DNA of 63,038 nucleotides, counting the filler, from Rhabdomonas costata (Eukaryota): NCBI GenBank assembly GCA_019059605.1. It is 35 parts of 35 records of this genome, joined end to end, with 100 filler letters (N's around TTAATTAATTAA, not from the genome) between each part and the next. Parts side by side here need not be neighbours in the genome. Positions count along the whole stretch, not along the records: positions 25,259 to 26,964 come from JAHMHO010010360.1; positions 27,065 to 28,768 come from JAHMHO010010361.1; positions 28,869 to 30,571 come from JAHMHO010010362.1; positions 30,672 to 32,375 come from JAHMHO010010363.1; positions 32,476 to 34,179 come from JAHMHO010010364.1; positions 34,280 to 35,983 come from JAHMHO010010365.1; positions 36,084 to 37,787 come from JAHMHO010010366.1; positions 37,888 to 39,591 come from JAHMHO010010367.1; 27 more parts are not named here. One strand, 5' to 3'. The notes under the pieces were generated by a model. The model did no database searches. It was given only the letters and a program-made list of their open reading frames with translations, and was not told the DNA's origin. The translations under genes were made by a program, and so were the position numbers. This document shows, one piece after another, positions 25,999-38,024 of the stretch; position 1 is the stretch's first letter, and every line of letters starts with the position of its first letter.

Positions 25999-26757
25999 AT
26001 GGCTGCACTGCTGGCTCGCCTCCGCCAGGCCCTTGCCGCTGGAGCCACCCCACCTGCCCTGCAGCAGCTGGCACTCAGTCTTTTTTCGGGCCAGTCCTCT
26101 GTGGATCTCCGCGGCCAGAGCCTGGGCGAGGACCTCCCAGAAGCCCTGGCGGCCGCCTTACTGGCCTCCCGTCAGCTTCACGCTCTCAACCTCAGCTCCA
26201 ATGGCATCACTGTGGAGGGCATGCGGGCCCTCCTGCTCTTCCACCCTCTCCCAGCCCCACGCCCTTCCATCCGTGGAAGTGTGCTCTCAAAACTAGGCTC
26301 CTGTTCACCTGATGTGATGATTTACAGTGTCTAGAGTGCAATGTCAGAGGCGGGGTAATCTTAGGGGTCGGCGGCGACGGCGATGGCTAAAGGTTTCCTG
26401 CTGCCGTTCACAATTGCGGCCTGTCCTGCATGCGAATCTGAACCAGCCGGGGTGACGCCCCCACCACCCAGGTATAACTCCAAACCGTTTGACAACGCTA
26501 AGCCGTTAGACCCCAAAAACATGTATGGGACCCCTCTTCTTTTTGGGTCTACCCGGAATCATTTGTACTTCTGTGGAGGGGTACGGTGTGGGCGCTGTGG
26601 GGAGTGTGCATCGCCTGGCCTGACGCAGCACCCCAGCCTGAGAGACCTGGACCTCTCGGGGAATCTCCTCCGCTGCAAGGGCGTTGTTCTGCTGGCACCC
26701 ACCGCGGGCCAGCTCCCTGCCCTGCAGAGGCTCAGTCTCGCTGATAACGGGATCCAA
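25999..26757 (+). CDS. RI-type leucine-rich-repeat protein, 5' exons (internal splice path ambiguous)
   Basis: VDLRGQSLG, LNLSSNGIT, LDLSGNLLRCKG and LSLADNGIQ repeats with 28-residue spacing. Confidence 0.88.
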
Positions 26758-29220
26758 GTCCACGGAGGGCTCCACGTCGGACACCTGGTTCTGCCCCCCA
26801 CCTCCATCAAAGTCAACCCCACACTTTCTCTGTCACTTTCAATCGAAGTTCCGAGCTGTTATAACAAAGCACCAGCATTTCGCTTCCAGTCCCGCTAAAT
26901 ATGAGAAGGAGTTCCAGCCAACCCTTTTAGGGACCACCTCCCATCTCCTGAACCCCCCCCCACCNNNNNNNNNNNNNNNNNNNNNNNNNNNNNNNNNNNN
27001 NNNNNNNNTTAATTAATTAANNNNNNNNNNNNNNNNNNNNNNNNNNNNNNNNNNNNNNNNNNNNGGTTGTGTGGGCTTTCTTTTTTTCGAACCGCAACCC
27101 GTTTCTGTTCATCATACTTCATCATACCATTCATCAATTGGCGTGTTTTGTTCAGATGCAAGTGCCGGAGTTCAGCAGCTACTGAGCCTTCCCATGCAGC
27201 TTTGCGGCGTTCTTCAAAACCTCTTTTACGGCCGTGCGGGGTCTTACTTCACTCTGCAATCCTGAGGCCATGTACGATACGGCTCGGTGATGATGGCGCA
27301 CACCTGTACTTGTAGCGGTGCGACGCGAGATCGTGCCAGCATGATTCTTTGGTTTTAGCAGGAAAGTGACGAAGCTTTTGAGCATTTTAAAGAGGAAAAT
27401 TTTGCATTAGACCAATCGTTCGCTGCACTGGGGTCTTTCCTCATGTCATGATGTCGGCGTTTTTCCTTCCAACCAGACTCTCATTTCATTCAAAACCTGC
27501 TGCTTCCCAGATCTGCGGTTTTCGTTCCCGTGGTTTTGTTAGACGGCTGCCATGCCAAGTTTCCTTAAGTCTTGTCGTGCCTTTCGAAACTCGGTTAGCG
27601 TATGAAATGCGGTGGTTACGACTTAATTGTTTATGACTTAATTAGCACCGCGGGGCGGGCAGTTGGGTGAGAGGTCCCCAAAAAATACCGTTACGGTTTT
27701 GGGGCGTAAGCTTGCATGCAGCAGTTTCGTTTGCTTTTCTTTTATAGTATTGAGATATGAATTCTGGACAGTGCAATGCTGTCGGTTGTGCGCATGGGCA
27801 CCGAAGGCACAGAAGGGCGCTGCAAAAGGCACGGCTCGCCACGGCTCGCCAGAAGCCGGCCTGGTTGCAGTCATACAATGTTGTCAGTCAAAATTCGGTG
27901 GTATGACACGGTGCACCCATCCTGTCCGTTTCTTGAACCGGAACTCGATGCAGGCACGATTTCGTGTTTCTCGATCGCAGCTGTACTTCCTATGTTTTGC
28001 TCCTGCAAGCACCGGTGGGGGTAGAGGTATTTTCCTCAAGAAATGTCGAACCCATGCCGGGAGGAAATCGACGAGTTCCGGAATTGCCTCCAAAGAACTG
28101 ACTACAAGGTGGAGCGGTGCGGCGCCCAGGATCGCAAAAAGGAGAGGTGATGTCTTCGAGCTTCCCGCTTCATGTTGTCACGGTGCATTGTGATGCCACT
28201 GTTGTGATGGTGCCTATCATGCATTGTGGTTTGAATCACTATGATACAATTCTCCCTGGACGTGACGTGGACGCCTGTTCCGGCCTGTACTGTTAGCGCT
28301 ATGAAATAATGATCGGAGCACCGCAATAAACAGCGAACGACAATTGGTGATTGCGTTCTTCGTTGTGGGTATGCTCCGACTGAAACCCTCATGCTTCTTT
28401 TTAGTGCAGCCCGAAGCTACTATGCTGGCCACTCGCCAGAAGGAAAGCCGAAGGAACAGATGGAACGCTGCCGCATCGGAATTCCGTTTATATATATGGT
28501 CTGTGCCATGGCAAAAAAAAATTGGGACGAAAAACGCAGGCAGACTCACCCAGACATCTGAAAAACATCGGCAAATTGACACCATACTATGGCGCTTTTG
28601 AACGTAAAAGAAGCACTTCTTCCTCAGTTCAGGTTAACACTGGAAAACATTTTTACTTTCCTAAAACCCTCTGTAAGTCCAAACCCTAACTTTTTGGTAA
28701 CACTTTTCTCATCTCTCACTTTTGAGGTGGCAATGGTAATATATATAAGGCATATGTTACCACACACANNNNNNNNNNNNNNNNNNNNNNNNNNNNNNNN
28801 NNNNNNNNNNNNTTAATTAATTAANNNNNNNNNNNNNNNNNNNNNNNNNNNNNNNNNNNNNNNNNNNNGGTGGGTGGTCCATCACCCAGGGGACCCTCTA
28901 CACTGCACCAGGGATGATGGACCACTCCACTACATTGCAGGGCCCAAGACATTCCTAAAACTACAGAAATTACCTCGACATAAAAATCACTTCCTCAAAT
29001 GTACAGCGTCACTACAATTCGAAATTCCCCTCCCCCGTAAAAAATGTATAGCGATGCTGTAAACTGTCGGGAAATCAAAAATTTTTCAGCAGCGCGGTGC
29101 AGCCTCTCAGTTGCTCGCAAGTCCAAAGCCATTAACAAATGGGTGGTCAGCACGCGATGGAATTTTCGACATAACCCATGAAAAAAAACAAAAAGAATAC
29201 AGAACAATGCTTGGCCAAAC

Positions 29221-29433
29221 CTCTGTGAGGACTCCTTGATTGGCGCTGGTGGTGAACTGTACGGTCGTGGGGTACTCCTGCGAGAACTGCGAGCTCCAGG
29301 CCTGCAGCAAGGGCAGGGCTACAGAGGGCACTCCCCCGCTCAGAGACCCGGTCGCTGGGCCGCTGGAGGCGTTGGTGCCACCCAAAAGCGACCCCGCTAG
29401 TGCGACCGCCAGAAATAGGACCAGGAGGTCCAT
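29221..29433 (-). CDS. First exon: signal peptide plus start of a PstS-like (PBP) domain, possibly a receptor-type protein
   Basis: MDLLVLFLAVALAGSLLGG...LSGGVPSVALPLLQAWSSQF resembles the PstS G.GS....P....W...F pattern. A long pyrimidine tract and CAG precede the ATG; a GT donor follows. Confidence 0.7.
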
Positions 29434-30885
29434 TGCTCTCTGGCAACAGCTTCCAGAGAAGAGATAGTGAGAGGGGAGAAAAAAGGGAGATGAATGTAGA
29501 GAGAGTACAAATGACAACAAACCGAAGTGGAAGAAGGGAGAGAAAGGGAGGGAGAGAGAGTACTCGTGACAACAAAAAGAAGTGGAAGATGAGAAAGGTT
29601 CGCCTCGTGGAAGGGGTGAGGTGTGAGGAGTGCACCGTGTTCCGTCGCGAACGACCTGGTTCCAAGAGCTCTTCAAAAACGGAAAGGTTGAGCAAGGAAA
29701 CGGCCTGTAAAAAGGACAGGAGGAAAACGCAGGATTCAGGTGTGACGTCTTAAAACCATTCAAACTGGAAAAATAGGCTGGCCTTATGCTGGCTTAGTGT
29801 GGTGGTCTGGTTGACCGTTAGGTCCACCGGGGCCTCCTCTGGGTGGGCCGGGCGCCCGTTCAAGCACAAAAACCGTAGTTCGAGTGGAGCGGAAGGCCGA
29901 GCCGGGAAGAAAGTAAAAAAAGACGGAAGTACTGAGAGATCAAAGCTTGAGCAGCTGCGGGTCGCTTCAAGGAGATGTCAAGTCAAACCAACACTTGAGA
30001 ACTGTAAATCTTTTCACCAAAATTGAGAGCATTCACTTGATTTCGACACCCTCCAAGATGGGACCGTTGTTCTTGTCTCCAATGGGTCGGGTGATAGCTG
30101 GGAAAACAGAAAAAAGCTCAGGATGCAACAAATGTTAGAGTTTCGGTTAACTGGTGAGCAAAACAATTAAAATTTAACAATTAGCTTGCAAGAGCTGCAC
30201 CCTCCTCCATGCGACACGGCGAAGCAGTAAAACGTGGCCATAAAACCAGAGAACTACAGCCCCGAAAGTTCAATTGTTTGAAGGCGATGCGATAATAGAG
30301 ATCGCAGAGCACAGCTGTTCAGAAGACCACTCTTGTGGGCTTAGATTCCACACAACACAGCGCAGCGGTGCCAAAAAGAATCGAACCCAGCACAGCGCAG
30401 CGCAGAGGATGAATGGAAAGGGAAAGATGTTGGGCATCCGCTCAATGGCATACACCGAAATGGAAATGTGATAGTTGAGACGAATGCACCAGGAGCACCG
30501 AGGCGGCAGCGTCTACCAATGGTGGGCAATCATTTTCTCACCGGAAAATGAAGGCATACACAACGGAGATCNNNNNNNNNNNNNNNNNNNNNNNNNNNNN
30601 NNNNNNNNNNNNNNNTTAATTAATTAANNNNNNNNNNNNNNNNNNNNNNNNNNNNNNNNNNNNNNNNNNNNTCCGAAAACGCCTGATTTAGTGCACACTT
30701 TTGTAAGTTGTGATTTTTTGAGGTGACGCGGACAATACAATAAGACATTTGAAGCTCATGCCCTTACTTTTGGTCATCCAGTGCATCCTGATCCTCCCCC
30801 CTCCCTCGCTTTTCATCTTCGGCTGTATGTGCTGTCTGCCCTGTGTTCTGTCTGCTTATATAAGCGGCGTTTTATTTTGCCTAAG

Positions 30886-31568
30886 GGGGTGGGCTGGTAC
30901 TTCGCAGCGTTTGGTGGGTTTGCGGGGCTGATGGGTCAGTCCGCGACGTACCCCCTGGACATTGTGCGGAGGAGGATGCAGGTCTATGACGCCTCCTCGG
31001 GGAGGCCCCCTTATAAGTCCATCGCCCACGCCTTCCGTACTATCTACAAAACGGAAGGTATCCTTACTCACCCGCTCGCTTTTTTTGTGGTGTGGTCCTC
31101 ACATTGGCTCCCTCCTGTCGCTCTGTCGACGTCCGGAAGGTGCAAAAACTCAGGAAAACTGAACCGGGATGTGAATGTCCCCCATCATCACTCGTCTCCG
31201 CCAAGAGGGGAACTGTTCAAATGTCCCCCATTCCATATCTCCAGAAAGGAAGTACCGCAGACAATGATATACCAAGACACCTCTCCGTGCAAGTTGAGGA
31301 GGTTTTTGAATTGTTATATCACCATATGTAGCTTTTTGAAGCTGATCCGCCCCTGCCCATCCGTCGCAGGTCTCGTAGGTGGACTGTACAAGGGGCTGTC
31401 CATGAACTGGATCAAGGGCCCCATTGCGGTCAGCGTCAGCTTCAACGTCAATGACTTCATGAAGGGCCGGTTCCGCGAGTGGAAGACCAACCGCGTCGTC
31501 GACCTCACCACCCTGGCGCGCTACGACGAGATCCTGAGGCTCTCCCTGTGGGAATCGCTGACGGCGGG
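30886..31568 (+). CDS. Mitochondrial carrier, SLC25A42/CoA-carrier-like, two exons
   Basis: Exons 30886-31057 and 31370-31568: GGFAGLMGQSATYPLDIVRRRMQV...EG/LVGGLYKGLSMNWIKGPIAVSVSF (PxDxxRxR motif). Confidence 0.93.
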
Positions 31569-31958
31569 GTTGCCCCCCACCCCACCCGCCCTACTGCCTG
31601 CCAATTCAGCAGCATCCTTTGGGATTTCTAAGGTTGTGGACAACTTCTTCATTTCAGATTCTTCGCCGTCCCTTCGTGGGGAGCAACTAGAGGCTCGAAA
31701 CTCGGAAGCTCGTCTCAAGCAATATGTGGCAGCAGCAATGTGCAACGGGCAAGTATTGTGAGCTGTGCATTCGCCATGGCAAGGGCATTGCCATCCCTTC
31801 TCGCGTGGCTGTGGGCAGCCTCAAAAAGCAGTGACACCACTGTGGTGGTCAGCTTGCAAAACGAACACTTACATCACTATCCGGCACTCCTTCAGCAGTG
31901 TACCTTTTTTCCTGATGGAGCACATTCGCGATGCACTGACGGTATCGTTTCCTTGATC

Positions 31959-32047
31959 TCGCGTGGGGTTAGGAAGCGATGCACGTGTCCCCAAGAACAG
32001 GATATTTCCTTTCGCACGGGGTTAGGAAGCCACGCACGTGTCCCTAA
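31959..32047. repeat. Imperfect duplication of about 36 nt (53-nt period)
   Basis: TCGCGTGGGGTTAGGAAGCGATGCACGTGTCCCCAA versus TCGCACGGGGTTAGGAAGCCACGCACGTGTCCCTAA. Confidence 0.8.
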
Positions 32048-32507
32048 ATAAGGTACCCTAACCTACCCACGCACCCCTCGAAACCAGACACCACTCCAGA
32101 AGTCCACCCAGACACAAGGCTACCACACTGCTGAAGGTATGCCCACTATCCTTCTTAATACTCAGTATGTCTTGCGCGCATCGCCATGATGAACCCTCTG
32201 GGAGGAATGCGAATGTCAGGTCCAAAGGTGGCATCGCGTCTTTGCTGTTGCATGCGGGCGGCAGTGGCAGGAGGCGGGCGGGGTGTGTACCCAGAATGGT
32301 AGCTGGGCTGGCCTCGAAAACGCTGACTGCGCCGATCATCAACCTGCGCTCCCTGTACGCCCACCCCCCAACCACNNNNNNNNNNNNNNNNNNNNNNNNN
32401 NNNNNNNNNNNNNNNNNNNTTAATTAATTAANNNNNNNNNNNNNNNNNNNNNNNNNNNNNNNNNNNNNNNNNNNNTGTGGGTGGGTTGAGGGCAATCTGA
32501 AGCAGAC

Positions 32508-33757
32508 CTTGTGCATCCTGTCCGCGGCCAAGGTCAGCGCCTGCCGGTACTCCTCCGGAGAAAAAGGAGGAGGGGGTTCCTCCACGATCTCTGGGGCAGG
32601 CTCTGAATTAAGTACAGCCAGGCAGGGCAATCGGATTTGGGCCTGGCACCCCAGAGCCACATCTAGTATGCCATGCATCACCTTAATAAAAGAAGAGTAA
32701 ATCACCGACGAAGTTCAAAAACATCTGAACGCAAAAAAAATAACACCTTATACCACCCGTCTGACTTTCAGGACTACCATAATTCATTGCAGCTTTTGAC
32801 ACAAAAAAAATGTCAAAACTTGATTCGGATTGTACGCTACTGGCAACAACCAAGAGAAGTCTTATCCTTATCTGTCGAAGGACTATCTGGAGATGGAGAA
32901 GAACCTGCGAAAAAATGGGGCGGTTGAAGCAAGAAAGAGAGCGAATGGAGGTAAAGAAAGGGGGGAGGAGGCGCAGAGGAAAACTCTGTGTATGTGTGCC
33001 TTGATTACCAACCACAAAAACTCAAGGCACCTTCAGCTCCGGCATACACCGTGCGGTCCTCCCAAGCGTAGACCGGATTGCCCAAGTACAGGCCAAGGGC
33101 CACAGCCTGTCGGTAGGTCAGAGATTTGGGGTAATCCTCGCCGTCGGGAAAGGACAGGCCCATGCGGAAGAAGATGGAGCGGTAGTCTGCCGTGGTGAGC
33201 TTGGGGTCACCCAAACCTAACAGAGGAATGCCGCGCAGATATTGTGACGTAACGGTGTGGGCAGCATTGACGTGGCACCAAGTCGTACCATTCACCGGTT
33301 CTTTAGTAACTCATCTGCATTGTTGTGACTCAAGTGAGAGAGATCAGATGTTTATGTTGGTCTGAACAGCAAGACTGCATGTCAATACCGTTGTAGGCGT
33401 CACAGTGACCCAAGCAAAAAAAAATCGAACGAGCCCGAGGCCGCTGATGTCGTGTTGAGAGTGAGGGCTAGCAGAGGAAGGACATGGGACGGGGGTGCAA
33501 GGCTGCCATCCGAGGGCTTTGGATGCCAACAAAGCTAGAAAATCTACTGCTATGGCAGTATGATTGCTGCCGCCACTTTCGCTGACGATGATTTCTGGTG
33601 CGTCTTTCGCACACTGCGCCTGAGCAAGGATTCACACACTGGCCACAGAATCGATCTTGTTCGCCACCGCTTCGATCTCCGAGTTGAGCCTGACAATCAC
33701 ACGGTCATCAGGGTGGATTTTGAGCAGCTCCTCGCTTTCTGCTTTAAAGTCAAACAC
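32508..33757 (-). CDS. Hypothetical protein, three exons
   Basis: Exons 33757-33640, 33216-33031 and 32602-32508 join with matching phases via GT-AG. Confidence 0.75.
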
Positions 33758-34832
33758 CTGCCATAAGAGCGAGATAATAAGTATAATATCTGAAGGGCAC
33801 CTGAATCATCTGCTGTTATACGGACCCAAAGATACACACAAACACACACGTACCGCCGTAGCGACGGGAACCGATCTGATGGGAGCACAATTAAGCGACA
33901 GCAGTATTAGCGGCATGCAAGAAATCTCAATCCCATCCAAATTCAGCTAATCATCCCAGCCCAGATATTTCAATTGAAACCATCATCGTCAACTGATTGG
34001 GGGGTTGTGAAAATGTGCGCTAAGCGGAAGCTGTATTGGGCATACACCGTTTTGCGCATTGACGCGCGCATTTCAAAGACAAGGGTCTCCTTGAGCTCTT
34101 CGTGAAAAGTGCACCACCGGGACAGCACATCCCACTTTTTCAGAATGCATTCGTGCCGCCGGAGAACCTGCGCCCCCCCNNNNNNNNNNNNNNNNNNNNN
34201 NNNNNNNNNNNNNNNNNNNNNNNTTAATTAATTAANNNNNNNNNNNNNNNNNNNNNNNNNNNNNNNNNNNNNNNNNNNNGTATGTGGGGAAATGGGAAGT
34301 GCTGGGCGGGCGGCAGGGGGCCGAATGGGGCGCCATTTTACCTCGGCGCGCGCCATTGTCCAGCGCGAGTACTGAAGGCCAATCCAATATAGCTCAGTTG
34401 GGATCCTGCCGCTGGCACCTGAAAAGAACAAGTCGTTGGTCGTGGATCCTTATTCGTCATGGAAGTCATGGAAAGGAGTTAATATTCTCTCCTCCCCAAT
34501 GCGAAGACAGAAAGGGCATCGCCCAGGGGAAGACAGTAGGGTTTGTTCACGCCTCTCTCCACACATGCACGCACACGCTTTTTCCCAGTCAAAGAACTGT
34601 GGTTTATGTTGTCCTCTCGCTTTGCATACTAAAAGCAGCTGTGCATCGGGCGAAAAAATTTCAAGGCAATGGTCTCCCATTTTACTGTACTCTGTTGGTG
34701 GTAAACATCAGAGGGTGCCACTGTCCCTTGTAGATTGTTGAATCCTTTTTCCGTTGCTTTCCCTTTTCACACCCAACCCAATCCTCCTGCGGCCCAATTC
34801 CATCTGTTGTCTGTTGTATCATCCCAGTGTAG

Positions 34833-35983
34833 AGCGTGAAGCTTCTGATTGAGAGGGAGGGCAAGCTTCTGGTGCGAGACAAAGTCTTCTTGAGGGCCCG
34901 GGTGATGATGATGATTATCATGGGGGTGCTGCACGGCACTCTGTTCTTCCAGATGGACGCGAGCGAAGTGCAGGAATGCCTATTTGGCCAATTGGAGCAA
35001 TTGAGTTGCCCCATCTCGGCAGGGTCAGCAAGCGACTGTTCCCTTTTATGGGGGAATGCATGCGGGAATACACGAATCCGCGCTCATTTGGGCTTGGCTT
35101 GGAGCAAGTAAACAAACAAACAGCCAAACCTGTCCCTAAGTCAGAGAAGATTCCCAATATAGACTTCTGGCTGGGACATCGCTGAGGAAGAAGTAATGGA
35201 ATTGCTTTCAATGTACCAAAAGAATGTCTTTTTGTGTGCGGCCGGGGTGTTGCTGTGCACTGGTTCGCCGTGGTCCCGCGAAGCAAGCTGTTCGACACGC
35301 AAACGGTGCTGGCATCATTCGTGCTGGCACCGATTATTCGAATACACATCACCCGTACATCAACTCCACTTCCCCCACTGTGGTTTACTAACCCGTTATT
35401 TACACACAGCCGCACAAACACACAAACGCCACACACATAATGCGCCTTAAACCACGCCACAACGCTTCACCCCCTCCCCCGTCATTACTTCTCCCCTCTT
35501 CCTTCTCCTTTTTGTCAAATCAATAGAACTCAGCGTTTCGGCGTAAACCTCGCTTCTGCACCGCGTTCCCAATAAGATCGGCTCAATTAGAAGCTTCTGT
35601 CCAGAAAAACTCGGTGCGCCTTGGGCGCCCAACCCGATTTTTTTTAGGCGCGTCTTGAAGTGTCAAGCTACGCTGGAAACTGGGAGTTATGCACCTCTAT
35701 CAATGACACCCATCCGAGACCTGCGGCACAACTGCAGGGACAACAGGCCTTCAGATCGGAATGTCACAGACTAATCCGAATATCAGGTGGCACCGTTTCC
35801 ACCTCTTCCTGTCATGATAGCACGGGCAGGATGTGCGGCGGTGTTGGGCGCAGACACACTACGGGTTGATGTTCACCGCGCTGATGATGCTTTCTCTGGG
35901 CGGGATGTCCTCGATTCACACCATGATGGAATCTCGCAAGGTGCTGTACAAGCAGCTCGACGCCGCGTTCTTCCCACCCCCCC
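34833..35983 (+). CDS. ABCG/PDR-type transporter membrane domain, two exons
   Basis: LLIEREGKLLVRDKVFLRARVMMMIIMGVLHGTLFFQ (34833-34973) and THYGLMF...MESRKVLYKQLDAAFFP (35854 onward) match the ABC2 membrane pattern R.V.YKQ....F. Confidence 0.9.
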
Positions 35984-38024
35984 NNNNNNNNNNNNNNNNN
36001 NNNNNNNNNNNNNNNNNNNNNNNNNNNTTAATTAATTAANNNNNNNNNNNNNNNNNNNNNNNNNNNNNNNNNNNNNNNNNNNNTATGTGTGGGGTTAGGT
36101 CGCTGCGCTCATGCGGGGGGAACCCCCGGAACCCCCCCCCCCGGGGGGCAACCGAAGTGGAGATAGGTGGTTATATGGTTCGGAGTGGGTTTTCAGTGGT
36201 GTTGACTGGTTTTAATTGGTTTTGTGTTGGTTGTGGCTGAATTGTATTGGATTTGCATGGCTTTAAAGCGGGTGTTATCTAAGGTCAACTGGTTTTAAGT
36301 GGTTTTGCGGTGGTTTTCACTACTTTCTCAGTGGTTTGGACCGGTTTTAGACCGGAATTGCGGGTTTCAGATTCCGGATTTCAGGTAGAGCCCCCCCCCG
36401 CCACCCTTCCGATATTGTGGGATATTGAGAGTTTCGAGGTCGGTAGGTGAACGGACCAAGTTCAAAGACGGCTTTTCGTCGGGACCTAAAGGCAGACAAC
36501 AAACGGGTTGCAACCATTCACCAGAAATGCCGAAACGAACCCATAAGTTCCCCGTTGCTGAACTGAAGACGTATTTTTCACAACGGCACTCCAGCAGCTG
36601 TACATTAATGAGATACACAGGAGACATTCATAGACATTCAAAAATAAAACCACACAAAACTTTCTGAAGGCGGATCAGGCGACCGCCACCTCTCACAGTC
36701 TGAAGGGACTGGGGAAGAGATAACTTCAGCCAACTCCCCCATACGCGCTGACCCCATGACGACGGGCAGCGAACCACCAAAAGGGGACCATATGAGATGG
36801 AATGGGCATGGGAAAGAGCAATGAGGAGCTAGAATGTCAGCGGCGCGGATGCTGTAAAACAGGCGATCCGAGAGCAGTGGGTGACTGGGGTTCAGCGGCT
36901 GCTGCTCTGTCGCTTCGACGGCGCCCTTGTGGCGGCGGCCGTGCCCTGCGAGGATGGCGTCGGCAGAGACGCTCTGGCCCCGGCAGACAGCTGCAGGAGG
37001 GCGAAAAGTACCGTAGAATGCGTGATTTCGGTTTCCGACACCAGTCAGAGAAGGACTACTACTAAAACGACCGCCGGAAAGGTTCTTCCTCTCGCGAGCA
37101 AAGCGGAAGGCATGTAACAAAAAGGCAAGCTTTCTTGTTTGTCTCAGGGACAGTTGTGCTGGCTTGTCCGAGTCTGTCGGCATCATTAAGCAAGTTGTCT
37201 TGACTTGTGTGGTGGGCTCCACCTAAAGTATGATAGAGCTCTATTCGAGATAATTATAGTTTTGTGGGACAATGTCTGTTGATCTTTCTTCACTTCGCCT
37301 GCAGAAAATGGGTTGATTGGGGTGACGCGGGGACGTGGTTGGGAGGTATGCCCATGAACTTTGACATAGCAGTGGGGAGTTCTCGGGTGGCGAGCTCTCC
37401 AGATTGGTCTCGCGTCTAACCGTTTGATGCCCCCCCTCCCGAAAACATAAGTTTGGTATGTGCAAAATTCTGCCAAATTCGGTCCTGCTCCAGTGACAGA
37501 ATCAACAATGATCCTTATCTTGTGAGCGGGACGCTCTTTTCAAACCCATCTTTCTCACGTCCAGTAAGCTGATGACAGGAGTCATTATTTTGAGTTAGCC
37601 CCCGTAGGTCTGAAGGAAGGAAAAGGAAACACACGGGGCGCGGGCCAAACAGCACCGAGAGCTCTGCCTCCCCGTCCTCAGGGTCCCCCTCCGGTGGGGT
37701 AGCGGTGCGGCCGTTGAAGTCCCGGTCGCGCATCAGCGGGGGGGCCGCGGCGACGGACTCCCGCAGCATCTCCACCCGCCGCTCATGNNNNNNNNNNNNN
37801 NNNNNNNNNNNNNNNNNNNNNNNNNNNNNNNTTAATTAATTAANNNNNNNNNNNNNNNNNNNNNNNNNNNNNNNNNNNNNNNNNNNNGGGTGGTGTTGTG
37901 ACATTTCCATCCCTACCAATGACACAGACTACGAGTACAGTCCCACAAGCTCCTCCATGCCGCCATAGAGAAAACGCACTCCTCGTGAGTGGAGTGGGGT
38001 GAAGGTGGGGGTTTGAAGGGGCTC

